A DNA stretch of 64,000 nucleotides. It comes from Hyphochytrium catenoides. Taxonomy: Eukaryota > Protista > Hyphochytriomycota. The translations under genes and the position numbers were made by a program. Shown piece after piece: positions 46,594-60,360 of the stretch. The DNA is taken from the NCBI GenBank assembly GCA_900088475.1, contig FLMG01004575.1, positions 7,683 through 71,682 on the forward strand, read 5' to 3'. How positions within the stretch are numbered: the stretch's first letter is position 1; every line of letters starts with the position of its first letter. The notes beneath the pieces are model-generated. The model worked only from the letters and a program-made list of their open reading frames with translations, was not told the origin of the DNA and searched no databases.

Positions 46594-49500
46594 TTAGTAC
46601 AGCTCGTCCCAGTCCCTGTCCACTTCTCCATCAATAACAGGAGCCGGAGCAGCAGTCAGTGCTTCCATACCATGGTGTTCAAAAGAGGCAGTTGGTTCCT
46701 GAGGGATCTTTTGCTGAATGACTTCGTCATCTTCATCCCAAGAGTCACGGTCTGCCTCATCGGAGACATCGCTCAGTGCAGAGTATTTCGATTTACTGAC
46801 AAGGGGCGTCAACTGGTAAAGAGGCGGAGTGACTGTCAGGCGCTGATTTGCGTTGACAAATATATCCAGTAGACTCACTTTGGTTAGAGACTTACTCTCC
46901 CAACCCCGAGACTTGGGGACCTGTGCAGCCTCAGCTTTTATAGTATCTTCTGGGGCAGGAGTTACTTTCTTTGGCAGCTCCCAGACGAGCTTTAAGTCCA
47001 AACTCGTGTCGCTTGTCGCATCCCGATATGATGGCTGACTGGAACCTAGTCGCATGGAGATACCTGAGAAAACTCTGCGTGCTTTTTCGACGGTTGATAG
47101 AATTACGCGGATGTTGTGAGCATCGAGGACTTCTACTTTACACTCCGCAGGCGATACATATCTAGAGTGAACGCCGTCAGGAAGCTGCCAATAGTGGAAA
47201 GAGATTAAATCGACGTACTTAGATAAAAGCTCCATGGCTACTGTGCGATCTAGGGTTGGGCTCCAGCATCCATTGTAAATCTTGAAGGTTTTGCTGTTAG
47301 GACCCACACTACATTGAGTGAGATTAGTTTTGACTCTACCGCAAGTATAGCAAACAAAGCGTGCAGGTCTTACTCTGAACTCTGGGCTTGCTTGAAGGTA
47401 GAGTCATCACTAACCAACCGCCCGTTGTCTCGGGAGATAGATTCTGAGAGCGAGGTCGAGCGAAGGACTGTCGAGAGGAGTTGAGGTGGGATGGTGCTAG
47501 CCTTTGTCTGCCAAAGGGGTGGTTGGTCAGATTACCTTGAACCTTCTGTTCTACTGCTGTACCAAAAGGATTGATTTATCTTACCCTATGCACGCAAATG
47601 TACCGCTTTGGTTCAAAGCCATAAGAGGCTGTACTGAGGCCGTAGTAAGTACAGAGCTCGTGAACAAACGCCCGCGTGGGGCGGTCCATGGCGGAGAAAT
47701 TGAACCTGAGGAGAATGAGTCAATCGTCGTGCCAAAGAACTCAATCTGTTTGCCGGCCATTCAAAGACATGCGGAGACATACGTCAGATTCCTTGGGGTG
47801 AAGTCAAGTTTCAAAAATTGGTCCAATCGTTTCTCTATTCTAGCCACCGTGGCTGGATTCGCAAGGCCAAACGCAATGAGCGCATCGGAGTACTTCACCG
47901 CCTGGCCTGGTTTATTCTCCTCAACCCCTAGAGCACTTGCCAGGCGTCTGTTTCGCTCCAGCTGTTTGCACTACGACAGGATGAGATATTAGTTGACGAC
48001 TATATGTGAACCACACACCTCAGGGTCAGACGCCTACCTCCTCATTACAAGGTAGTCCCCGACGTATGAGCTCCAGTCCTGCCTCCACCGAAGAGACATC
48101 AATGTCATCGTCAAATGCCGTCCGTCGGCCACAAGGACAGCGGAGTGACTTGAGTTTACTATGCGTGAGTGAATGAAAGCGATGGTTTAGGGAGTGAAAC
48201 TAGTGACTTAGGGTTTCCGTAGGGGCATTGATATTGTTCTTGTAGGGATATGGACATACATGGTATATTCTCGCTGAGATGCAGCAGTAATGGTCCCTGG
48301 TGGGCGATTACTTGGAGCTAAAGAAGGATTCGGGAGGCTTGGGGGCAGCGAAGGAAAGTGAGCCTCCTGATTTGTCTCAATGCTGTGAGGCAAGTGGCTC
48401 ATATCCAATGCCAATGGCTCCGGGGGCCTAGGGAAGGGCTAACCAGCACAATGATCAGTGACTAAGAATCTGTCCGCTACGCTCTGTCAAGTTAGTACTA
48501 ATCCGACGGGAGGCTTACCGTTGATAACCCTTCCTCTGAAGCTAGACCCGTGGCATCTCCTCTTCTGACTCTAAAGCCCACCTCCAAGTTCCTATCAATT
48601 CTAAGGTGAGGGTGTACTGAGGCCATGTGAGCCTTGTAGTCAATGATATTGCCGAACACGACAAACTTGCTTCGCAAACAGTCAGGCTCCTACATAGGAG
48701 AGATACTGTTAGGCACANNNNNNNNNNNNNNNNNNNNNNNNNNNNNNNNNNNNNNNNNNNNNNNNNNNNNNNNNNNNNNNNNNTGCTCCAGCTCATTATA
48801 ATCACGGTAGTACCGGTCTCTGACATTGTGCAGAGATTGACAGAGATGGCACTCGTAATGATCCCGGTGCAGGTGATCATACAGTTCATTGTTGCTATAC
48901 CAGCGAGATCCACAGAACCGACAAAGCGGATGTCCTGTACGAATCCAGCTTTCCGTCAGCACCTGTACAAGTAGTGCTGTTTCATTCGAACCTACCTTGA
49001 AAACCTTCTTCAGGATCGCCTTTCTTTTCGTGCCTTTCTAGAGCTTTTTTAGTAAAGAGAGCTTGCTCTGAAACAAATAGCTGGTCGAGAGCCGAGTCAG
49101 ACAAAGAGGCCATCGCAGCTGTTCACGACTCACACTTACCATTTTGGACTTCAAACAAAGCTCGCAAAAGGAGAGTCCATGACCCTTGCCCAGATGAGCT
49201 TTATACGCTTTCAGCGAGAGGAAACTTTCGCCGCACTTGTCACCCCCTTTGCATTTGATCCCGCGCAGTTCTTGGACATAGGGAAGCCCCTTCTTGATCA
49301 AGAACATTTGGGAGTCCTCATCAAAGACATGGTTGGGGCCAATGCTATCTCCCCAGGACTCAAAGCTCTAGGAGCGGCCCACAGGCGTTAGTGCTTATAG
49401 TCTCCAAATATTTGACCAATAGCACTGGATATCAATCCCCAAACATGCAAACAATGGCTCTGGATTTTTGTCTCAGGCTACAGCCGTAACTGCACGATTT

Positions 49501-50777
49501 TTTATGGACCCTCTTACCAGGCTAGACCTCAGAAACTATCTGATGCTTACCTCGTAGCTTTGGCTCTCATCTTCTATGCAAATCACCTTGTCCATTCGTG
49601 TCTTGCAGATTGCACAATTCAGCTCTTTCATTAATTGTCTCATTCGAAGGACGCATAGACTGCAGCAACCCCGATGGTTGCACGCGCCTATAGTGTTGAA
49701 GGTTCTCACGTTGTCAATCGTGGAACAGCAGATTAGACACGTAACTGCACCTTCTGCCTGTTGGCCTGAATATAGGTGGAAGCGATTCAGTCCATATCTA
49801 ACGAGAAAGCAGCTACTCACTATATCCTTACCTTCAAGATCTGCTTTATCCTTTCCCTCCTTTCTTTTGTAGGCCAGAGGCCGCTTTCTATCGTTTCGCT
49901 TCCTTTGTTGTCCGTCACTCATGGCACCATACTTCTCCGTAAACGTTTCTTTGCTGGCCGCCTGGGGATCTGAGTTGGTTCCTGAGCTTCTTTCTGCGGT
50001 CACCTTAGCCGGGTCACGTCGACTTCCCTTGCGCTGGCTCTCCCGCGATTGTCGCGGCCGCCGCTGAAGGCCTCCAGCACTTGCGTCTAGCCGCTCAACG
50101 TTTCTCGTCGCCTCTCGACTGTTCATCCGCTTGTCTGATTTTTCACCGTCATGGCGCTGACTTTCAGGGGCAGCAGCTGCACTTAGCCCCTCCGTATTAG
50201 TGAATGAGATGTACTGCTGTTGAGGACGATGAGGGCGCTGATTACGGCTAGCTGGAGACGGCCCTCGAACCGACGCATTGTTCGCTCCTTCCTCAGGGTG
50301 ACGAGAGGAAGATGAGGAACTATCTGCCAGGTGGTGCTGCTCCTTCTGCTTAGATTTAACGTACTTCTCCTTTGGTTTGTTCTTTAATAATACTTCTCCC
50401 TTTGGAGCTGTGCCGCGTGGCGGTTGTGAGGCAGCCAACATCACCTGTAAAGGCGCCATTGAGATGTTGGAGGTGCCTGTACCCAAGCTATCAGAAGCAA
50501 GAGAGGAGGTTAATTTGCCGTTGGCTGGCTGGAAAGCTTGATGTGAGTAGCGGCACTTATCACCGCTTCGACAACCGCTTCTGGACACGGGGTCGAAATG
50601 GCGGCAAACAGCCGTCCGCTTGGGTTTCGAAAGTTTGGATCTGGCTGGATGGGCAACGTCGCTCCCGCCTTGTCTCTCCCTATTTTCCTTTGGTTTTGAC
50701 TCCTCACTACCTGATGGTAAGACAGCGACTGAGCTGGTTTGGGCGAAAACCCTTCCGTCGGGCTGCACGGTGTCCAT
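46594..50777 (-). CDS. ZNF598: ZNF598/Hel2-type ribosome-collision E3 ubiquitin ligase with an N-terminal CCCH finger
   Basis: RING: CLICC...GACNHRGCCSLCVLRMRQLMKELNCAICKT. C2H2-type fingers: GHPLCRFC..WYSNNELYDHLHRDHYECHLC, RYYRDYNELE, CLRSKFVVFGNIIDYKAHMASVH. HFPSL motif. CCCH: CRHFDPVSRSGCRSGDKCRYSH. Confidence 0.85.
48718..48783. other. Assembly gap (66 N) inside ZNF598
   Basis: Run of n. It hides the end of a zinc-finger exon and an intron donor. Confidence 0.99.
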
Positions 50778-51592
50778 CTTCAGCAGCAGCAAGGACGAGG
50801 AGATCTGAAGCCCAGAGCCTTAGGAAGGCCTTGTAGACCTCTAAACCATCCTTTTCCCCCGCCAGAAATGAACGAAATAAAGGAGATGGGAGGAAGGAAG
50901 AGGAACGTGAGAGAGAACGAGCGAAGAAGAGAGAACCGCACCGCCTGCCCCTACACTGATTGCTCGGAGAAACTGCTGATTGATGTTCGCAGCCGCAAGC
51001 CCCGAACGGAGTGATTGTGCTGCTTTATTTGCTGTGGTGACTCCTACTGTGCAGTGAGTTCGGAATCCGCATTGTCCGATTCTGATCGGAAGAACAAACC
51101 CAAGCAAATCCCTTCACAGTCATCAAGTCGTGCGGGAGTGATAACTAGGATAAGATGTTGATCTATCCTCACACAGCTTGGTTGGGCAAACTCACTACAG
51201 CGTTATCCACACATACAAAATCACCCCTTCCATTATTATGAATTCACTGAGGTTTATCAGCGATCCGAATGACTAATGCTCTTCATCAAGCGGTTTGGTT
51301 GAGTGGCGGACCAGCAGGCGGGACAACAGCGAAGGGAAGCGGAAGGAAAGAGGAGAGCTCGCTCTCTTTATGACTCTGGTACGGAGCTTCCCTCAGGGAA
51401 CTGATGATCTCTTCCATGCTTCAGAGACTTCCGATGCCATGATACACTATTGAGGGCAAGACGACTCCAGATATCAGCTAGCTCGTAGACTTGCTTGAAC
51501 AGCAGGTGATCGCCAAGAACGCAGGGGGCAAAAGATAAAGCAGGAGGGACGGAAAGCCAGGGCAGTTCGGAACAAATACTGACGATAAGGGA

Positions 51593-52173
51593 ATGTCTGT
51601 GACAACCTCTGCTGCGCCTTTATGGCGTGCCCTTGCTTTCAACAAGCAGACTCGCAGAGGGAGAATCCTTCGTGTCACTCAAGAGCACTACCTGAGAGAC
51701 GACATCGGCTGTTGCTCCGAGCTCTGTTTAATCTGTCCTCCGCCTCAACCGCGAGAGGATGTAGAGCCAACTCTCCTCGGAAAGAGGTAATACTGCCACC
51801 AGTGATAAGGGAAAGGTCGTCTTTGCATCTTCTAACCTGCCTTCCATGGTACTCGCTTCTCACCAGTCCGGACGGTAACCGGTATCTTGTACTCGACACC
51901 AACACGTTCCTGCATCAGATGGACCTATTAGAAAATGCTGTGGGAGCTATTGATAACGTCATTGTAACTCAGACAGTGATGGAGGAAGTAAAGCATAGGA
52001 ACATCAGCCTTTATAGGAGGTTATACGCCCTAGTGAAGGTACTGAGAGACGGTGAAACCCGGAAGGATGGGTAATACCTGTCGTCGATAGCTGGCACTAT
52101 GTCTTCCCGCTATCAATCCTACGGGTCACCTCTCCATGCCGGTTAGCTTACGGTCTTCTGTTATCTCTCCTTT

Positions 52174-52242
<69 letters not shown>

Positions 52243-55200
52243 CTCTCTCTCTCACCTTGGGCTTTTCCTGCAGAATCCATCCCGTCATTTCGTCATCTTC
52301 GCCAACAAGCATCACCAGAACACATTCGGTATGTCAGAGACCTCCTCGCCGCTGTACTAGTCTATGATGGTTACGTTATCGCCCCAAACGCCACGCTTCT
52401 CCACGCTCAAAAGAGTCACCGGGTTACCTCACTTTCTGGATTAACCATGTCGATCAACTAACAAGCTGCTTGTCTCCTGCTACTTAGTGGATAGACGGCG
52501 AGGAGAGACTGCAAACGACTACAATGATCGGGCGATCAGAAAGGTTGTCTCCTGGTACAAGGACCATCTGTCGCAGAGTAAAAAGCCGAACCTCTCAGTA
52601 GTATTAGTAACGAATGATGCTGCGAATAAGCAGCAAGCCAAGATACAAGGTTTACAAGCAGTTACCATCCAAGAGCTGGTCGGTGGATTTAAAGACAGAT
52701 ATCCCGAACTCTCAGAGTTGGTGGCGCAACCAAATGACGGGGATAGTGTGGGTGAGGTTGACGCTGTTCCCCGGCCCACTGCGAGCAACGTTAAGAACCA
52801 GGGCCAGAAAAAGGGTTCCAGAGAAGGTCCAAAGGGATCACTTTACCCAGAGTACCTTCCGGATGATCAACTGAACATAGGCCTTAAGGCTGGAAGATAC
52901 TTCAAGGTGTGTTTTTCCAGAAAGCTGAACTAGGGCCTCCTCCCTTCAAGCTCATGACAAAAAATCTCACACCTCTAGCCTTCACAAATTGCCTCAGATT
53001 AGCCCTTAGGACCTCTACTATGAACCTCTTCCTGCTTTGTCTTAGCTTATTACGACTGATTTAGGCCTAATCTATCTGTAGGGTACTCTCCGCTGCTCGC
53101 GGGACAATTGGCAAAGTGCTTATGTCGTAGTCGGAGCAACCGGCGGAGACCGAGTGGGGGTCACTATTCAGGTAAACAGAACGTTACGCGCTTATCAGCC
53201 TTGCCTTGCCTTTGTTACTGATTAATCTTCTGTACGCCAGGGGCGAGAGAGAATAAATCGTGCCATTGATGGCGACATCGTGGCTATTGAGATCCTTCCT
53301 CAGATGGAATGGGGAAGGGAAGGAACCCCGAAAGCTCCAAAGCTTCTTGCCAAGAGCGACGCAGAGGGTGAGAGGAAGTAGGATAGGACTGACCCCTGTG
53401 TGCGCCTTCTAAGACGTGACTCCTCCAGTTGAAGGCACTGATACACGGGAGGAAAAGGCCAATGCAGAAATAGCTGATATTGTAAACATCAGCGATGAGA
53501 CGTGTAAGAGACTGAGAATCGACGAGATAATATAGTTCTTCCCGCGAATTGGTCTAACCCCATTCCTCACCTACAACAATTCCAGCCACCACAACGGAGA
53601 AGTCATTAGGCACTAAACCTTGTGGCAAAGTTGTTGGCGTCCTAAAGAGGAATTGGCGCAGCCTTTGCGGTTCAATCGAGCCGGTTGATGGGCCAGCAGT
53701 TAGCAGCTACTCTTTGTTCGTACCAGTAGATCGTAAGGTGAGCAACTCTTTCTGAGATCTAGGTCGACTGTTTGCTTTGAAGCAATTAACTCTGCTTAAA
53801 GAACCTAGGTTTCTCCCCCATTACTCTATGTAATCTCCGTCCCATACACACCTCCTTGCTCTGACTGGAGAAATGGTCCTTCCTCATATTCATAAATACC
53901 GGCAGATCCCTAAGATCAAGATACTGACGAGACAGCGGGATGCTCTACTGAACAAGCGCATCATGGTTACCATTGACGGATGGCCAACAAACAGTGGATT
54001 TCCCATAGGGCATTACGTTAAAACGCTCGGAGACATCGGGGATAAGGACACAGAGACGAAAGTGATCCTTTTGGAGCACCACATACCCACTGAGGAGTTT
54101 TCGCCGAAGGTACGGCACGGACAAGACGTGGTTTTGGCGAGTGGGAGAGCATTTTTACGGTTAAAGAGGATTACTAGATACGAAGGGAGTCTTCTTTGCC
54201 TACTCCATGTGGGCAAACGGGGGTGTCCAACTGTTGGAAGAAATATTTGAGTCGAGAAAAGACAGTGATGTACCAATGTCTTACCCCGATGATAGGTTAT
54301 TGCGTGTCTACCACCATCTAACTGGGTAGTTACGGAAGAAAACTCGAAGGGCAGAAGAGACTTGCGCCATCTACCTGTGATGAGCATCGACCCGCCAGGA
54401 TGCAAGGATATTGACGACGCCTTGCATGTCATCAAACTGGACAATGGAAACTATCAGGTAGAGCTCTATTAGTTCTGGCTGTTTGTAGCTTGCCTACACT
54501 ATGTTGCCTAGTGGCCTGGCCATGCAGTAATGATCGGAGTTAACCCATTCGATAATATTCTCTCATGTTCACTGTCAATGCCAACAACAGGTGGGGGTTC
54601 ACATTGCAGACGTGACACACTTCGTCGCCGCAGGTTCAGCGATGGACCTTGAAGCTGCAAATCGAGGCACTTCGACCTACCTCGTGGAACGGCGTCTTGA
54701 CATGTTACCTGGACTTCTGACGACGGACATATGCTCTCTAAGGTGAGAAGTGACTCTCACCAATCATCATGCGGGTGGTAAAATCAAGCCAATCAAAAAG
54801 GGGTCTCGGGTAGCAGTCAGTTGCATGCATGGAAGGTGACCGCACTATTTGGTGGGGTGGCGGAGGGTACTATCAACCACTGCGCCGTAAATGGGGTTAA
54901 ACTGCCGAAAACGCAAGAAGCGAGTACGCTAGGTGCTGACTGAGCTTGACTGGCAGGGAAGACTAGCTAACCTTCACTTTTGACAGGGGTGGTATCGACC
55001 GCTTTGCCTTCTCAGTTGTCTGGGAGATCTCTCCTGCCATCGAGATTGTATCGGTAGAGTTTTTCAAAAGTATCATCCATTCGGTAGCCGCGATGTCATA
55101 CCAGGACGCACAGGATCTTCTGGATAGCGACAGAAAAGATGTCAAGGTGGGTGAGGTGGGCACAGAAATAAAGATTTTCCCAGGGTCATGTGACCTGATA

Positions 55201-57397
55201 AGCTGAGTACTCTTGCCACCTAAATGAAGCTGTGGCCTAGCGTTCGGTCAAGTTACTTGCTGGAGCCTGCTGCTTTGCTAATTACTTCCTCTGGATCTCC
55301 AGGCGAGCTCTGTGAAGATGTTAAATCACATCGCAAAGGAACTGCGACAGCGGCGCCTGGAGGCGGGAGCCTTAACACTGGCCTCTCCAGAGGTTTGACG
55401 TCACTCTCAGGCTGTTAGTTCCAACCCAGTCGTCACGCCACTAGACCATCATGTTTCTCTTGTACACCTGTTGCTATTCCTAAATTATGTCGTCTGGGTG
55501 CTCTCATGCTATCTTAGGTGCGGTTCACACTGGATGCCGAATCTCAGAACCCTCTAGATGTGCAGCTGTACCAGCTCAAAGAGACAAATGCGTTGGTGGA
55601 GGAGTTCATGCTACTTGCCAACATCACAGTAGCGAAGAAAATTCTGCGCCACTATCCGTCTTTCTCCATGCTTAGACGCCATCCTGCCCCTTCCCGGCAA
55701 CAATTCGACGATCTTATGGCCGAGGTTAGGGCATTGGGCTTTGACATGAACGTAAGCATATCAAACTAGGCTGCTTGGCGATGGCGCAAGCCACTAGTAT
55801 GTTTCATCGAGTCTTCGTTTCTGAACTGTCTCTAAACTGCCAGACGGGGTACTTCATCATCTCGTTTCTTACTCCTTCTTTCCACTCTTATTCTTTCGAC
55901 TGTTCCACTGTTCAGGTGGACACGAGCAAAACGTTAGCCCAATCCCTTGACTCAATAGAGTCCTCTGAGAACCCGTACATGAATAAGTTGATCCGCATCC
56001 TGACCACGCGCTGCATGAGACCAGCCGAGTACTTTTGTTCAGGTATGACTAGAGCAATAGTGTCACCAAGCATCACGACATCCCCGTCCATGTTACCTCT
56101 CGCACTACCGTTTGCATTTGCAGTTTGGGTTTTACCTATGTGCCCATCTTCTTCAAGCTCCTTTCTTCGGGTGCTTGTCAACGATAACTATACTTCAATT
56201 TCAGCGCTGTACCAGAGATCTTTTTGACATCTCATGCCCGACTATCCCAACTGATATACTTGACCTCAGGAGAATTCGCTCCAGCTGAGTACCATCACTA
56301 CGGGCTCGCCGCGCCTATCTATACACACTTCACGTCTCCCATTAGGCGGTACGCAGATGTTGTGGTCCATCGCCTCCTGGCGGCCGCGATCGGTGTCTCG
56401 GCTCTACCAACCCAACTAGAGAACAAAATGCAGCTGCATGAAGTAGCGGAAAATCTTAACCGACGGCACCTTGCAGCTCAGCAGGCCGGAAGAGCGTCAG
56501 TGCAGCTGCATACATTGCTATACTTTAAGGATAGGGAGACGGAGGAAGATGCGGTAGTGCCAATCGTCTCTTATATTCTTGCTAATCGCTTCACCGACTT
56601 CCAACTTACAATCTAGTCTATTGGTACCTCCTCTCCTCTTCTCCCCAGAGCTCGAATTTGTTTAATTCTGTCTTTCCTCTCATAGCTCCCATCTCCAAAT
56701 CCTCGCGCTCATACTCCGCAGCTCACCAAGGTTTGTACGTAGATGGTAATGAAAGTGAAGCCCAACGGCTTGAACGTACTGGTCCCTCGCTACGGCATTG
56801 AAGGGTCGATATTGTTGTATGATGAAAAGGGGCAGAACGCAGGAAGCAGTCCCTTCATCTTTGATGAAACTGCCATGACACTCAAGCATAAGACAAATCC
56901 GGATGTCGTAGTCAGAATTTTTGATCAGGTGGGCCTCCTCTTCCAGCCTTGGGCTCTACTGTTACCTGGATTTCCTTCAGCTGCGAACAACTCCTTGTGG
57001 GAAGACTTGCTGCTGCTCTCTTACGTTGTGGGACCGCGCTCTTCTCTGTCGTCCAACACTTTCATTCTCCTTGTTCGTGCTGAGTCCAGTCCTCAAGCTG
57101 CTGTCAGCATTTGTATCGTGCTCAACAAGGTCTGCTTGTGCCACAGCTAAATATAGCACAATTTTTCCTTCTGCCACACAGGTTCGTGTGAAGATATATG
57201 TAGAGAAGCGTGCGGGTTTCAGGAACGAGCTGATGGTTAGGCTCGTGAAGCCAAAGTTCCCCGGGTCAGAGTTCCAGGAAGACCCGAACGGGACAAAGAA
57301 AGCCGAAGCGAACAAAGTCGAGGGCAAGAGGCCTGCCAACTCTGTGGATGATACCTCAGCTCAAAGCGAAAAAGAAAGGAAGAGGAGAAAGAAATAG
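51593..57397 (+). CDS. DIS3: Exosome catalytic subunit DIS3/RRP44 (PIN, CSD, RNB and S1 domains)
   Basis: [21 protein letters not shown]: [22 protein letters not shown]. Also [13 protein letters not shown]: [56 protein letters not shown]-terminal basic NLS-like KERKRRKK. Confidence 0.95.
52155..52252. repeat. (CT)n/(CTTT)n microsatellite in a DIS3 intron
   Basis: ctctctctctct...ctttctttcttt run just before the 3' splice site. Confidence 0.9.
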
Positions 57398-57749
57398 AGT
57401 TCGGGTACTAACGGAAGGGTTGTCGGCTGACTGAAGACAGATGTCAAGGTTATCCCATTTTCTAGTGGACATCCTTTGAGGCGAATAGTAACTGCATCGA
57501 GCCGCCACGAATAGGGCAACCTTTGACGTGAAATGCAGCTATTTAATTTACAGACACAGGGTTGAACTATCACTTCTTCCTAGACTGACTCCACTTTACT
57601 TCTCGACGTATAAAGCTACATCTATGATGTGAGCATGGCAATACTCAGCATTGAACGTTTACTCGACCTGCTACAAAGGCGAAGAAAGGGCAGAATTAGG
57701 AAGGGAGCAGAAAGAGGAGGCTTAGTGATGCATTAGATAAAGAAAGCAA

Positions 57750-60360
57750 TCACCACCGTATGTACCTGCCCGTGGAGGTCTCCGTCGACACAGTATCTGA
57801 TAACTGACGAGGAGCGGGACCTGCCTCACGAAGTGCTTCGGAGGTCGATGGCGGTGTTCGAGGTCTATTCCTTATCCCAACACGTTTTTTGCCCCCCGGT
57901 CTTATATGAACCAGGACCAGCGGATCTCTTGTGTATGGATCGCTAGGGTTTATAGGGAGCTTCATTACAGCGTGCATGCGGAATACTTTCTCTGAAGAGA
58001 CTGCTGTCAGTGTGGACGTACTAGGTCGACGATTAGGTATAATATCGTACTAGAGAGGTTGACAAGGTCCACCAAGTATTGTTCATGGTGCACACTGAAG
58101 CTGAATCATCAGTACTACCTTTTTGAGAGCTGGCCTTATCTTTGCCTCTTCCTCCTCTGTAGCAGGTGGCGGTGATGTACTTGACCAGGGGTTGCGATTT
58201 AGGGATCTCGGTTACGAAAGACATCTTGCGCCAGCCGTATAGACGCTTGCAGTTTCTATACTGATCATCTTGGTTGCTATGCGACTGAGCTGAAGCCCTA
58301 TAAGGAATGGTAAAAAGTGCTTCTAAGCACAGGCAAACCAACGCATCGGATGAAAGCTATAGCGAAACGAGCCAAAAAGAAGACAAGTAAGGAGGTTACA
58401 AATGATGTGACTCACAGACAATGACCCTAGAACTTAGGACGAGTAAAAGGTCGATAAAAGTCGTAACAGAGCGTTAAGGTTTGGAACTCATTAGCAAAAA
58501 CAGAGAGACAGCTTGAAGCCGAGTCGTGAGCAACCTGGGGAAGCCGAATGAGCCTGCTCCTAGCAGCTCGGGACATCTCAGAAAGTAGAAGCATTCCCTG
58601 GGTTCAACATAAATAAAGCTCGGCTGGATGGGGACATTTCTGGAGTCTACTCCTAGATCATAGATTGGGTATCCGGGTTGTCCAGCCTAGAGTCGGGAGA
58701 CGCGAAATCAGCAGGTGCTACTCTATTGTCCATAAAAAGAACAGGAAGAAAATGGACGAGTAATAGAATCTCGAGGGCCAACAAGCCAAGAGTTCAGGAT
58801 ATCGAGGGTGATGAAGCAGACTTCACTAACGACGCGGTAGACCAGGACCTTATCGAAAAGTTTGTAGTAGTGCTCAGCTGAAGGCCAAGGGCTGTCATCT
58901 TCTACAATTGTCGCAGAGGTAGAGATTTGTAGACCGTGCTTCTCGCACTTCTTCGAAGAGAGCTGCTCTAGGTCCTGTCCGTCGCTTTGCGTCCAAGGTT
59001 CACCGACATCCCGAAGACTCCCAGACAATGAGTCACCTTTAGAGACGATAGAGGTTGAGTCGATAGGATGAGAAGACAGGAGTGGCGGTTCCGAAATGAG
59101 CCTCCGATCAGGGTGTCGGAGAGGGGCTAGCCTTGGCTTGTTTAATGGCTGGGACCGTAGTTCGCCACTTAGACAGGCGCGCTTAGGGGGTACTGGTTGT
59201 GCAGGTCGTCCACCTGACGCGGAGGAACCCAGCCGAGCAACCGTAGAACCCATCAATACTGTTGGGAGCCTATCTGAAGAGAGAATGTCGGCTGTGAGCT
59301 GGGTCACTAAGGAGGAAGATGCTTTGTGAATACATCCAGGCAGGATGCTAGCCCCTTCATCCACCAAGTCCCTGCAAGGCGTCTCTGACAGCAACTTCTC
59401 GTCTTCATGTACGCCATCCGCAGGAAGTGGCACATAGCTGTATGAAGGGTGCTCTTCTGGAGCGGAATCGCAGCGGCCACATAGGTCCTTGGATCCCCAG
59501 AATGAAGTGGACTTCTTTCCCCTGAGGTATAAATTAGCAAAGCGTTGTCGGTAAGAGGTAACAAGTGGAAAGTCAGAGCAAACGTGTCAGAATTGAAAGG
59601 TAGTAAGACGACGCGATAAGAAAGTTAAGCGTCTGCATACCAACATTCCGCACATTTGTCTTGCTCATCGGCTTGAACCCCAACAGAGGTTCCCGTCTTC
59701 AGAAACATCAGTTGAAGATTAACATCGGGGCCTGAAGGCTCCGTTTAGATGGGACGGACTGTGTACCGATAGTGTCAATGGAAGCGAAAGGTCCATCACA
59801 CAGCCAGCTCGGGCTTCATTCATGCGTTTTACTTATTGCCAGTAACGTAGAGGGTGTGCGAACAGCGCTATTGGAAGACCAAGAAGAAGGAAAGACTTTA
59901 CGTCAGCGCGGTATAAAACCTAGGCTGCAGGCCCGGCAGAAATCTAATCTTGGCGTCGCCACTGCGCTGGGGACACTCACTCTGCCCCGTTCGATCAATT
60001 GAAACTAGGGAATGATAGGAGGTAACAGCCGGATGGGGCGAGGATTGTATGATGCGCTCGCTGGATCTTGATCAGAGAAGCTTCGCCTCACAGACATGAG
60101 TACAATCTTAGTCATTCAACCACCAGCTTACTTTCCTAAAGGGTGAGCTCTGGCTAGACCGCAAGCCTACGTGGGCCGGCTTTTCTCTAGCCCTGAAGCC
60201 CTTTTCAAGATCTATGGGTCGTAACTCCCTCGCTGCTGCTGCGGTAATAAGCTTAAACTCGAGAAGTAGCGCGCGAGAGAGACGACACCTTTCTCCTTTC
60301 GGGCCAGAGCATAGCAGTCGCTTCTTCCCTCTACGCCTAGAAGTAAAAGGTGTCCTCCAT
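57750..60360 (-). CDS. Hypothetical Ser/Pro-rich multi-exon protein (limits uncertain)
   Basis: Chain of minus-strand ORFs (58723-59433 of 236 aa, 58033-58341, 57750-57977) with intron-like spacers. No domain recognised. Confidence 0.4.
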
